From an uncultured Candidatus Saccharibacteria bacterium (GTDB lineage Bacteria > Patescibacteriota > Saccharimonadia > Saccharimonadales > Saccharimonadaceae), in contig CAMJEK010000001.1 of NCBI GenBank assembly GCA_946404685.1, positions 1 through 53,066 on the forward strand: DNA of 53,066 nt, in the 5' to 3' direction. The notes beneath the pieces were generated by a model. That model ran no database searches. It was given only the letters and a program-made list of their open reading frames with translations, and had not been told where the DNA came from. The position numbers and the translations under genes are program-made. This document shows positions 1 through 11,147 of the stretch, one piece after another. Within the stretch, counting starts at the first letter, position 1. The number at the start of each line of letters is the position of its first letter.

Positions 1-13
1 TAGCGGTTATTTT

Positions 14-118
14 TTAGCGACCATCTTTAAGATTGACATGTTTTCTTTTGTCGCTGTGTTTGTGATTGTTATTGCGGTTTAGTTTTGCAATAACTTTCTT
101 AGCTGCTTTTCTTGCCAT
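14..118 (-). CDS. Small basic protein, 34 aa (MARKAAKKVIAKLNRNNNHKHSDKRKHVNLKDGR), not in ORF track
   Basis: Manual translation; ATG lies 6 nt after TGTTATAAT, the leaderless geometry used by many genes in this window. Confidence 0.55.
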   Translation of the reverse strand: MARKAAKKVIAKLNRNNNHKHSDKRKHVNLKDGR

Positions 119-193
119 GCGCATATTATAACATACTTTTATGAAATGGAAAACAATGACTCAAATCTAATCCGCTTATGCTATAATATAATC

Positions 194-1816
194 ATGGACG
201 AACAGGAGATCCAGCAGAAACGTCGCGAGAACGAAGAAGCGGCAACCAAAAATCGTGCCCGCATCCTTGGTTTTCCATACCTCGACACTAGGGAATTCGA
301 AAATGAAATTCCACTAGTTCCTGATTTTCTTTCTAAAGAAGTCATGCATGCCGAGAAAGTGATCCCGCTCCAAAAAGGTGGTGGCGAAACTCACTATCAG
401 GTCATGATTACCAGCCAAACCCCAAATAACTGGATTCGTCAAACTCGCCAAGATTATAACGACCGTGGTGAACGCATCGACTTATTCCTGATTTCTGAAT
501 CTGCATACAAGGTATTCATGCTCCGCTATGATCCACCAAAAGAGGTTCATTACGAAGATATTAAAATTGCCGACGAAGGTGATTCTGAAACTATTGCATC
601 CGTCTCTCAGACCCTCGCTCAGGTTTCGCCAGAAAAAATCTTCGACTTTTTGATTGACCAAGCCGATAAGCTTAAAGCCTCCGATATTCATATCGAAAAC
701 CTTCGTACCGAAATACGCATCCGCATGCGCGTCGATGGCATCCTCCATCCTGTCGCCAATATCGATCGTGATCGCTATCGTATTTTGCTTGGTGAACTCA
801 GCTCTCGCGCTAGTGTGTCGACCGCCTCAAATAAGCCACAATCCGGTCACATGCAGAAAGAAATCTTCTCCGACGGGACTTCTCATGTTCTGAATATTCG
901 TGTTGAAACTATTCCGACCATGTATGGGCAAGATGCTGTGCTCCGCTTGTTTAACTTTGATGAATCACTTCTTAATCTCGACTTCCTTGGTATCACGCAA
1001 GATGAAAAGCAGGAAATTGACGACATTATCTATCACCCACGCGGTCTTGTCTTGATGGTGGGGCCAACCGGTTCCGGAAAGTCAACTACCCTCTATTCAA
1101 TTTTGAACGCATTAAACACGACCGACCGAAAAATCATCACGCTCGAAGATCCAATCGAATATAGCATTACGGGTATTTCTCAAATCCCAGTCGAAACAAA
1201 TGGCGGTGGCTCCTTTGCTGAGGGTCTCCGTTCGGTGCTTCGTCTAGACCCAGATGTCGTGATGGTTGGTGAGATTCGTGATGCGGACACAGCAAGAACC
1301 GCAATTCAGGCTTCAATTACCGGACACCTGGTGCTTAGTTCTCTCCATGCTAATTCATCCGCTGCTGCATTTTCACGCATTATTGATATGACCGGAGCGA
1401 ATCCAATTTTCTCAAGCTCAATCCGTCTCATTATTGCTCAGCGCCTCGTTCGTAAGCTCTCGGATTCGAAGAAAGCTCGCCCAGCCACAGACGCTGAGTC
1501 GAATTATATTCGCGCCATTTTGTCTGACGTTCCAAAGGATAAACTCGAGGGAATTAATCTAGAAAATATTACGCTCTATGACGCAGTCAAAACTCCAGAA
1601 AACGTTTTTGGATTTTCTGGTCGTATGGCTATCATGGAACAACTTGTCGTTTCTGAGGATATCCAAGCGCTCATTCGCGGTGACTTGAAAGATATTAACG
1701 TTGAAGCTGTTGAAAAAATTGCCAAGAAAAATGGCATGCTCACCCTCGAGCAAAAAGGTATTATTGCTGCCCTGCGTGGCCAAACTACCCTCGAGGAAGT
1801 GTCTCGCGTCGTCTAA
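194..1816 (+). CDS. pilB: Type IV pilus / T2SS assembly ATPase (PilB/GspE family)
   Basis: ASDIHIE, RMRVDG, Walker A GPTGSGKST, TLEDPIE, LRLDPDVVMVGEIRD, TGHLVLSSLH; start moved to ATG 194 after TGCTATAAT. Confidence 0.88.
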   Translation: MDEQEIQQKRRENEEAATKNRARILGFPYLDTREFENEIPLVPDFLSKEVMHAEKVIPLQKGGGETHYQVMITSQTPNNWIRQTRQDYNDRGERIDLFLISESAYKVFMLRYDPPKEVHYEDIKIADEGDSETIASVSQTLAQVSPEKIFDFLIDQADKLKASDIHIENLRTEIRIRMRVDGILHPVANIDRDRYRILLGELSSRASVSTASNKPQSGHMQKEIFSDGTSHVLNIRVETIPTMYGQDAVLRLFNFDESLLNLDFLGITQDEKQEIDDIIYHPRGLVLMVGPTGSGKSTTLYSILNALNTTDRKIITLEDPIEYSITGISQIPVETNGGGSFAEGLRSVLRLDPDVVMVGEIRDADTARTAIQASITGHLVLSSLHANSSAAAFSRIIDMTGANPIFSSSIRLIIAQRLVRKLSDSKKARPATDAESNYIRAILSDVPKDKLEGINLENITLYDAVKTPENVFGFSGRMAIMEQLVVSEDIQALIRGDLKDINVEAVEKIAKKNGMLTLEQKGIIAALRGQTTLEEVSRVV

Positions 1817-1840
1817 TATGATATAATATATATATGGCAT

Positions 1841-1915
1841 GGGGCCATCGTTCAACGGATAGGACATACCCCCTCTAAGGGTACAATGCTGGTTCGATTC
1901 CAACTGGCCCTGCCA
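1841..1915 (+). tRNA. tRNA-Arg(UCU), with C33
   Basis: Cloverleaf: acceptor GGGGCCA/TGGCCCT, anticodon arm TACCC-CCTCTAA-GGGTA, TTCGATT T-loop, A20 Arg identity, encoded CCA. Confidence 0.88.
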
Positions 1916-1932
1916 CAAACAGAAAGGAAAAA

Positions 1933-2769
1933 ATGGCCAAAGCTGCAATGTTTGAAAAAGATCTGCCCGAAGAAGAGCGGTTTTTTTATTATGAATCAAC
2001 AGAAGATGACCCAATCAAGACCGAAACTCAGGAAAAGACTCACAACAAAGTCGAGCTTTATGATGGCTATAAATATATCAAGAAGAATCCTTTTGCCAGG
2101 CTTTATGGCATAATCCTGTATTATATTTTCAAGCTCTTCGCTAGGTGGTATGCAAGATTTTACCTGCATATGAAGATGGAAAACCGCAAGGTTATCAAGA
2201 AGGCCAAGAAAACCGGCTACGTTATCTATGCAAACCACACCAATCCATTTCATGACCTTTTGTCTCCAGCGCTTGTTGCAGACCGCCATATCTACACGAT
2301 TTGCTCTCCAGCCAACCTGGATGTTCCATTCTTCGGAAAACTATTGCCATATCTTGGCGCCTTGCCGCTTGGCAAAAATCCTGAGCAAAAAGCCGAGTTT
2401 CATGCCGCTATTGATACCCGTATCAAGCAGGGCAACTGTCTCGTGATCTATCCTGAGGCCCACGTCTGGCCATACTACACTGGTATTCGTAAATTCCCAG
2501 CTGGGGATCGTTCGTTCAAGTATCCAGTCCGAAACAACGTACCAATCTTCACTATGACCACAACCTATCATAAATCGAAGAAAAAAGGCCAGGCTCGCCC
2601 AGATATGATTGTCTATATCGACGGCCCTTTCTATCCTGATCCAAAGAAAAACGACGACGAGAATCGTGCCGATTTAGCCCAAAAAGCTTACGACAGTATG
2701 GTAAAATATTCTAAGAAGAACACATATGAGTATATTCAATACAGGAAAAAGTCTACTAAGAAGAGTTGA
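1933..2769 (+). CDS. Lysophospholipid/1-acyl-glycerol-3-phosphate acyltransferase (PlsC-like)
   Basis: NHTNPFHD (HxxxxD) and IYPEA motifs; AGAAAGGA RBS. Confidence 0.8.
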   Translation: MAKAAMFEKDLPEEERFFYYESTEDDPIKTETQEKTHNKVELYDGYKYIKKNPFARLYGIILYYIFKLFARWYARFYLHMKMENRKVIKKAKKTGYVIYANHTNPFHDLLSPALVADRHIYTICSPANLDVPFFGKLLPYLGALPLGKNPEQKAEFHAAIDTRIKQGNCLVIYPEAHVWPYYTGIRKFPAGDRSFKYPVRNNVPIFTMTTTYHKSKKKGQARPDMIVYIDGPFYPDPKKNDDENRADLAQKAYDSMVKYSKKNTYEYIQYRKKSTKKS

Positions 2770-3706
2770 AGTCGTCCCGGTTTTTTATACGATCAGTAAT
2801 GATTTTGCACCATACGTCGCCGTCTCAATTGCTTCTCTAATCAAAAATTCTAATCCAAACCGCTATTATCGCGTGATTATTTTGCATGATGGTATGAATT
2901 TTCATAATTACCTAAAACTTCGCAATCTTGTTACTAAGAATGTTGAGATTCAATTCCATCGCATCTCCCATAATCTGTATCTTCGCACTATTATTAAACA
3001 CTGTTCAAAAAAGACTGGCAGCGGCGATTTCTTCTCATCAGCGATTTATTTCTATCGTACGTTCATCGCTCGCCTCTATCCGCAATATGCTCGCGCCATC
3101 TATATTGATAGCGATACGGTCGTGACCGGTGACGTTGCTGAGCTCTTTGATTTAGATATGGGCGATAACGCCGTTGCGGCACTTGTTGACCCAAAAGTGG
3201 TCAATATTCCAGTGTTCAGCAGTTATGTCGAGCATGCTTTGGGCGTCCCGCCAAGTGAATATGTAAACTCAGGAGTTCTTTTGCTCGACCTAAAGAAGCT
3301 CCGTAGAATGAAATTCCTCTCCCGTATGGTCAAAATTATGGACAAATACGACGCAAGCCTCGTTGCTCCAGATCAGGACTATCTCAATGTGATTTGCCGT
3401 GGCCAGATTTATCATTTGGATGAAAAATGGAATGCCTCGCCAATCAAGACCGGTGCTCCAAAGGGCGCTAAGATTGTCCACTACAATTTGTTCAAGAAGC
3501 CATGGCAATGCGATGGCCTTGATGGCGAAGATCTTTTCTGGAAGGCTGCAAAGTGGTCCGGATATTATAATGAACTCCAGAGCATTAAGAAGAATTATAC
3601 GATTGAAAAGCTTCGCGCTAAAGAAGATCAAGTTGCTGCCTTGATGGCAAAAGCCGATAAACTCTCAAAAGTCAAAGAACCTGTTATAAAAAACATCGAT
3701 CTGTGA
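2726..3706 (+). CDS. Glycosyltransferase family 8
   Basis: YIDSD DxD motif, YVNSGVLLLDL, DQDYLN, HYNLFKKPW. Confidence 0.9.
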   Translation: MSIFNTGKSLLRRVEVVPVFYTISNDFAPYVAVSIASLIKNSNPNRYYRVIILHDGMNFHNYLKLRNLVTKNVEIQFHRISHNLYLRTIIKHCSKKTGSGDFFSSAIYFYRTFIARLYPQYARAIYIDSDTVVTGDVAELFDLDMGDNAVAALVDPKVVNIPVFSSYVEHALGVPPSEYVNSGVLLLDLKKLRRMKFLSRMVKIMDKYDASLVAPDQDYLNVICRGQIYHLDEKWNASPIKTGAPKGAKIVHYNLFKKPWQCDGLDGEDLFWKAAKWSGYYNELQSIKKNYTIEKLRAKEDQVAALMAKADKLSKVKEPVIKNIDL

Positions 3707-3728
3707 TACTATATATAATATATAGTGT

Positions 3729-3802
3729 GGTGCTGTGGCGGAGTGGTTACGCAGCGGTCTGCAAAACCGCGTACACCGGTTCAATTCCGGTCGGCACCTC
3801 CA
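3729..3802 (+). tRNA. tRNA-Cys(GCA)
   Basis: GGTGCTG/CGGCACC acceptor, GCGGT-CTGCAAA-ACCGC, U73, CCA. Confidence 0.95.
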
Positions 3803-3905
3803 ATTTTTTTTGACAAAAAATTTTCGGTGCCGGAGCTTCGCAAACGGCACTCCAATTTTTTTTGACAAAATAATTGTCGGTGCCGGAATTACATAAACGG
3901 CACCA
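3792..3905. repeat. Tandem 53-bp hairpin repeat derived from the tRNA-Cys 3' end
   Basis: CGGCAC..CCA at 3792, 3845, 3898; the two full units contain ATTTTTTTTGACAAAA and the inverted copy GGTGCCG. Confidence 0.85.
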
Positions 3906-3909
3906 TTTT

Positions 3910-4839
3910 CTATATTTGCATCAAGGCAATACCGGCAGCAACAAGAAGTGTTGCACCAATGTGAACCAGAACGGTTTTCTTGTCGAGTTTCTCGCGACCG
4001 AATTTTGGATTAATGAGGGTGAGAATGATACCAAAGATAAAGACGACGATTGGCTCAGTTGAATCTGAAGCTGCTGACGCGAGCGCCACGGCCGGAGCAG
4101 ACAAGAGTGCCAAACGATATGTGAAGTCAGCAAAGAGGCAGAGGAAACCATCAATACAAAGTGGGAGATAAACCTTTCCGTTTGTTGACTTGACCACATG
4201 ATGATAACGCTCGTTCCATTTTCGATTAAGAACGTGGGTGACCAAAAGGTTACCGACGCCCTTGCCAACAAACAAGAAAGTGATTGCAGTTGTGTACTCG
4301 ATGTCAATACTGTCGTTGACTTTTACGAATAAAATGTTACCGAGCACGGAAATAATTACATAGGTTGCCGCAAGGGCAATCGCGCGAAGTTTGGCCTGGC
4401 GACGGTTTTTACGCGTTTTTGCCACAATAAGAAATGGCGCCATCAGGATAACGGCAAACGAAACAAACTGCATCGGGCTAAAGCGCTCATTTAAGAGGAA
4501 CCATCCAAAGATAAGATAGAACACTGGCGCAAGCTGGATAAAGATTGCGATATTGGTTGAATCTTCAATCTCAAGCGCGCGATAATACGCGATACTAGCA
4601 ACGCTAGCAATGAGGCCAGTTCCGATAATTGCAAAATAGACCCAAACCGGGTTTGCTGATAAATCAACTTGGAAGATGAAGAACATACAGATGGCGAAGA
4701 AAATATATTGCCATCCATAGAAAGTTTTGGCGCCAACAGAATGTTTTCCTTTGAAGTGTACATCGCCAATGTAGTTATCAAGATACAAAATCATTGTGTT
4801 AAGGACAACGGAAATAGAAACGAGAATTAACCACATCAT
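3910..4839 (-). CDS. EamA/DMT-family transporter
   Basis: About 10 hydrophobic helices, YYRALEIED..IAIFIQLAPVF..FLLNERFS pattern; ATGA-coupled to upstream gene. Confidence 0.75.
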   Translation of the reverse strand: MMWLILVSISVVLNTMILYLDNYIGDVHFKGKHSVGAKTFYGWQYIFFAICMFFIFQVDLSANPVWVYFAIIGTGLIASVASIAYYRALEIEDSTNIAIFIQLAPVFYLIFGWFLLNERFSPMQFVSFAVILMAPFLIVAKTRKNRRQAKLRAIALAATYVIISVLGNILFVKVNDSIDIEYTTAITFLFVGKGVGNLLVTHVLNRKWNERYHHVVKSTNGKVYLPLCIDGFLCLFADFTYRLALLSAPAVALASAASDSTEPIVVFIFGIILTLINPKFGREKLDKKTVLVHIGATLLVAAGIALMQI

Positions 4840-5810
4840 GCCAAGGCTCCGTAGATTATATATCCGTAGTATGCAGCAAACAGGAGAAGCATGATAAACC
4901 CTTCAAGTCTGGAAATCTTTTTGCGAGTTTTCGAGAAGAGGTAGAGCAGAACGGTTGAAGTTCCGAGCATAACGAGGTCAATAATTTGGAAGCTACCCTG
5001 AGTAATGGTGCCAAAGGCTGCTACTGGAATACCCATCACTACGCAGATATTGAAAATATTGCTGCCAATAATGTTCCCAACAATAAGATCGGTTTCTTTC
5101 TTCCTTGCGGCCATTATAGTGGTCATAAGTTCTGGAAGAGACGTGCCGAGCGCCACGATGGTTAGGGAAATAATACGCTCGGAAATGCCCACGGCGGAGG
5201 CGATACTTGAAGCACTATTAACAACGAGCTGCGAACCGCCAACGATCCCGACAAGACCGAGAATCGTAATAATAAATGACATTCCGAGTTTATATTCTGG
5301 TTTTTCATTCTTTTCCCTCTTCGCAGATTTGTCTTTTCGGGCCATCACGATGAGGTAATAGAGGAAAATGCAGAAGAAAAGAATGCACACGATTGCGTCA
5401 GCACGGGTGATTTCATTTGCGAACCCGCCAGCAAGGTTGATATCGAGGAAGAGAATAATAAGTGCAGTCGAAATTAAAAGCAGGATTGGCAATTCTTTCT
5501 TGACCGTGTTTTTTCGGATGATAATTGGGCAAATACATGCGCCAATCCCGAGAAGGAGCAAAACATTCATGATGTTGCTACCAATCACGTTGCCAAGAAG
5601 CATATCGGTTTTTCCGGAAATAAGGGAAGAAATCGAAACGGCGAGCTCAGGGGCGCTTGTGCCGAAGGCCACAATTGTAAGACCAATTAGCATTTTTGAA
5701 ACTTTAAAGTTCGCCGCAATAGATGAAGCGCCAGAAATCAAAATGTCTGCACCCTTAATAAGAAGGACAAACCCGACGACAAGAAGAAGTATTTGTAGCG
5801 CTATTTCCAT
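4836..5810 (-). CDS. Ca2+/Na+ antiporter (CaCA, YrbG-like)
   Basis: Two alpha repeats GTSAPE..GNVIGSN and GTSLPE..GNIIGSN. Confidence 0.92.
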   Translation of the reverse strand: MEIALQILLLVVGFVLLIKGADILISGASSIAANFKVSKMLIGLTIVAFGTSAPELAVSISSLISGKTDMLLGNVIGSNIMNVLLLLGIGACICPIIIRKNTVKKELPILLLISTALIILFLDINLAGGFANEITRADAIVCILFFCIFLYYLIVMARKDKSAKREKNEKPEYKLGMSFIITILGLVGIVGGSQLVVNSASSIASAVGISERIISLTIVALGTSLPELMTTIMAARKKETDLIVGNIIGSNIFNICVVMGIPVAAFGTITQGSFQIIDLVMLGTSTVLLYLFSKTRKKISRLEGFIMLLLFAAYYGYIIYGALA

Positions 5811-5881
5811 TTTGTATGTTTGTTTTGATAATGGTTACGTTTATTGTAACATAAATCTCTGATTTGTCACTACCTAAAATG

Positions 5882-5910
5882 AAAAAGGGAGCCTTGAGAA
5901 AGCTCCCTTT
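5882..5910 (-). terminator. Intrinsic terminator
   Basis: AAAGGGAGC/GCTCCCTTT stem with U tract directly after the stop of 5912..6313. Confidence 0.7.
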
Positions 5911-5911
5911 A

Positions 5912-6313
5912 TTAAACGCAGTCATTCTCGAGATACGGATACTTCTCCAAAATCTTTTCTTTTCTCGTTTCATAACCGAGTTTTTTGAATTTTCTCCGAA
6001 AGCGCTCGTTCTGGATCAGACCCCACCAGCCATACTCAATTAGTTCGCGTATGACCAAATCTTTGTCGACTCCAGCATTCGCCATGCGTTTAAAAATGGC
6101 GAATGCGCTCTTTAGGAACGTCTTAGATCGCCTATCTCTTTTTCGAGGCGGAGTCAAGAAGTCAAATTCATAGAGTCGCAGCACGAGAATAACTAGTTCG
6201 TCTTCAGACCAATAGCTAAGGTCTTTGACGTGCATAATGAAAAACCTAAGATCGTCTCTTGTCAAGTCGTCACTATTTACGAACGAGAATTCCAGGCCGC
6301 GCTGAATAACCAT
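5912..6313 (-). CDS. Hypothetical protein, 133 aa
   Basis: ORF with TTGACT-N17-TATAAT promoter, AGAAAGGAGG RBS and terminator. Confidence 0.75.
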   Translation of the reverse strand: MVIQRGLEFSFVNSDDLTRDDLRFFIMHVKDLSYWSEDELVILVLRLYEFDFLTPPRKRDRRSKTFLKSAFAIFKRMANAGVDKDLVIRELIEYGWWGLIQNERFRRKFKKLGYETRKEKILEKYPYLENDCV

Positions 6314-6433
6314 CTTTACCCCTCCTTTCTAAATGTTCTAAGGACATAGTCCTCATCTATAATTATATCACGCTTTCGCTTAAAAGTCAAATGTTGCAGT
6401 TTTTTATAAAAGTATGTTATAATTAATTCACAT

Positions 6434-6510
6434 GCGAATGTAGCTCAGTTGTTTAGAGCGCTTCCTTGCCAAGGAAGAGGTCGAGAGTTAGAGTCTCTTC
6501 ATTCGCACCA
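6434..6510 (+). tRNA. tRNA-Gly(GCC), non-canonical elbow (U19/A56)
   Basis: GCGAATG/CATTCGC acceptor, CTTCC-TTGCCAA-GGAAG, T-loop TTAGAGT, CCA. Confidence 0.9.
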
Positions 6511-6512
6511 GT

Positions 6513-6549
6513 AATCCCGACTTTAACCCCCCTTAGAGTCGGGATTTTT
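6513..6549 (+). terminator. Intrinsic terminator after tRNA-Gly
   Basis: AATCCCGACTTTAA/TTAGAGTCGGGATT stem plus T tract. Confidence 0.7.
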
Positions 6550-6613
6550 GGTTGGACCCAATTTGAGTTTATGCTAAGAAACGTGTATAATAGATACATA
6601 AAAAGGAGAAAAA

Positions 6614-7192
6614 ATGTCTACAGGACTAATTATCGGCCTTTCAGTAGCTGCAGTTGTATTGCTCGTCATTATCGGCATCATTGCTTGCTATAACGGCCTA
6701 GTAAAACTAAACACACGTGTTGATGAAGCTTGGTCAGATATCACTGTCCAACTCAAGCGCCGCGCAGATTTGATCCCAAATCTCGTCGAGACCGTCAAGG
6801 GCTATGCAAAACACGAATCAAAAGCCATTGAAGCTGTCTCTGAAGCTCGCGCTAAGATGATGGGCGCACGCTCTGTTGCATCAACCGCTGAGGCTGATAA
6901 GTCCCTCACTGGTGCACTTTCTCGCCTCATGGCCATCACTGAGTCTTATCCAGACCTCAAAGCCAACGCTAACTTTATGCAACTTTCTTCAGATCTCACC
7001 GATACTGAAGACAAAATCCAAGCTGCACGCCGCTTCTACAACGCTGGCGTTAAGGAACTCAACTCCAAGATTATGATGTTCCCATCAAACGTTGTTAATA
7101 ACATGTTCGGTCACTTCAAGAAACGTGAATTCTATGATGTTGACGAATCTGAAAAAGAAGCCGTCAAAAAGGCTCCAGAAGTAAAGTTCTAA
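6614..7192 (+). CDS. lemA: LemA family protein
   Basis: N-terminal TM, AWSDITVQLKRRADLIPNLV, ESYPDLKAN, ARRFYN. Confidence 0.93.
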   Translation: MSTGLIIGLSVAAVVLLVIIGIIACYNGLVKLNTRVDEAWSDITVQLKRRADLIPNLVETVKGYAKHESKAIEAVSEARAKMMGARSVASTAEADKSLTGALSRLMAITESYPDLKANANFMQLSSDLTDTEDKIQAARRFYNAGVKELNSKIMMFPSNVVNNMFGHFKKREFYDVDESEKEAVKKAPEVKF

Positions 7193-7199
7193 GGAAAAC

Positions 7200-8058
7200 A
7201 TGTACAAGCAAATCGCTGCCAATAAGAGGAAAACCGTTTTTCTAATGCTCGGTTTTATAGCTTTTATTGGCGCGATTTCTTGTCTTTTTGCTTGGTACTT
7301 TAATGACTGGACGATTGCGCTTTGGACACTCGTTGTCGCGATTGGCTACGCCGCAATCCAGTATTTTTTCGCGAACTCTGCCGCTATCGCTATGTCGGGT
7401 GCGAGAGAGATTACGAAAAAGGACTGTCCAAGACTCTATAATGCTGTCGAAAATCTCAGCATCACAACTGGTCTCCCGATGCCGAAGGTCTATATTATTG
7501 ATGATCCGGCCCCGAATGCCTTCGCGACGGGTCGCAACCCGGAGCACGCAATTGTTGCGGCAACCACTGGTCTTCTCGATATTATGAATGACAAAGAATT
7601 AACTGCAGTCATGGGTCACGAAATGTCTCACGTCAAAAACTACGACATCCGTGTGTCGATGATTGTCTTCGGGCTTGTTTGTGTTGTTGGCCTCTTCGCT
7701 GACCTCGCCTCGAGGATGTTGTTCTATGGTAGCCGTCGTCGCGACGAAGAACGCAGTCCGGTCGGTGCAGTCTTGATGCTGCTCGTTGCAGTGCTTGCTC
7801 CGTTTTGTGCCATGATCGCCCAACTCGCCGTTTCTCGTGAGAGGGAATATCTCGCTGATGCTTCCTCGGTTAATATCACTCGTTATCCGGAAGGAATGAT
7901 TTCTGCTCTCAAAAAACTTCAATCTCAATCCCAGCCAATGCATCGCCAAAATGCTGCCATGTCGGCGCTATATATCAACAATCCTCTTCGAAAAGGTTTC
8001 TTAAATAATCTGTTTAGTACGCATCCTCCAATTGAGAAACGCATCGAAAGGCTAGAAC

Positions 8059-8078
<20 letters not shown>
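7200..8078 (+). CDS. htpX: HtpX-like M48 membrane Zn protease
   Basis: PNAFATG, HEMSH, SREREYLAD, FSTHPP; lemA-htpX synteny. Confidence 0.92.
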
Positions 8079-11047
<2,969 letters not shown>

Positions 11048-11147
11048 ACTACTTGACTTTTTGATATGCTTATGCTTTACTAAGGGTAGAGTGTAAGGTT
11101 ATACGGCCTAAAAACAAACAGAGCAAAACCAAAAAGGGAATACAAAC

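Noticed and set aside
146-193. N-terminal extensions in the ORF track (146, 15648, 18166, 20602, 24816, 28717, 33787, 35974, 37004, 47299, 48633, 49694)
   Set aside because: They run through promoter -10 boxes or upstream genes; downstream ATGs fit leaderless spacing, an SD or translational coupling
1872-1878. Amber suppressor or pyrrolysine tRNA (CUA) reading of the CTCTAA loop
   Set aside because: The 5-bp stem centres the loop on TCT; A20 and G73 fit Arg identity
5368-5862. Long antisense and alternate-frame ORFs (e.g. 5368..5862, 14237..14863, 15741..16244, 29530..30030, 35167..35694)
   Set aside because: Shadows of well-supported genes, with no motifs, RBS or promoter
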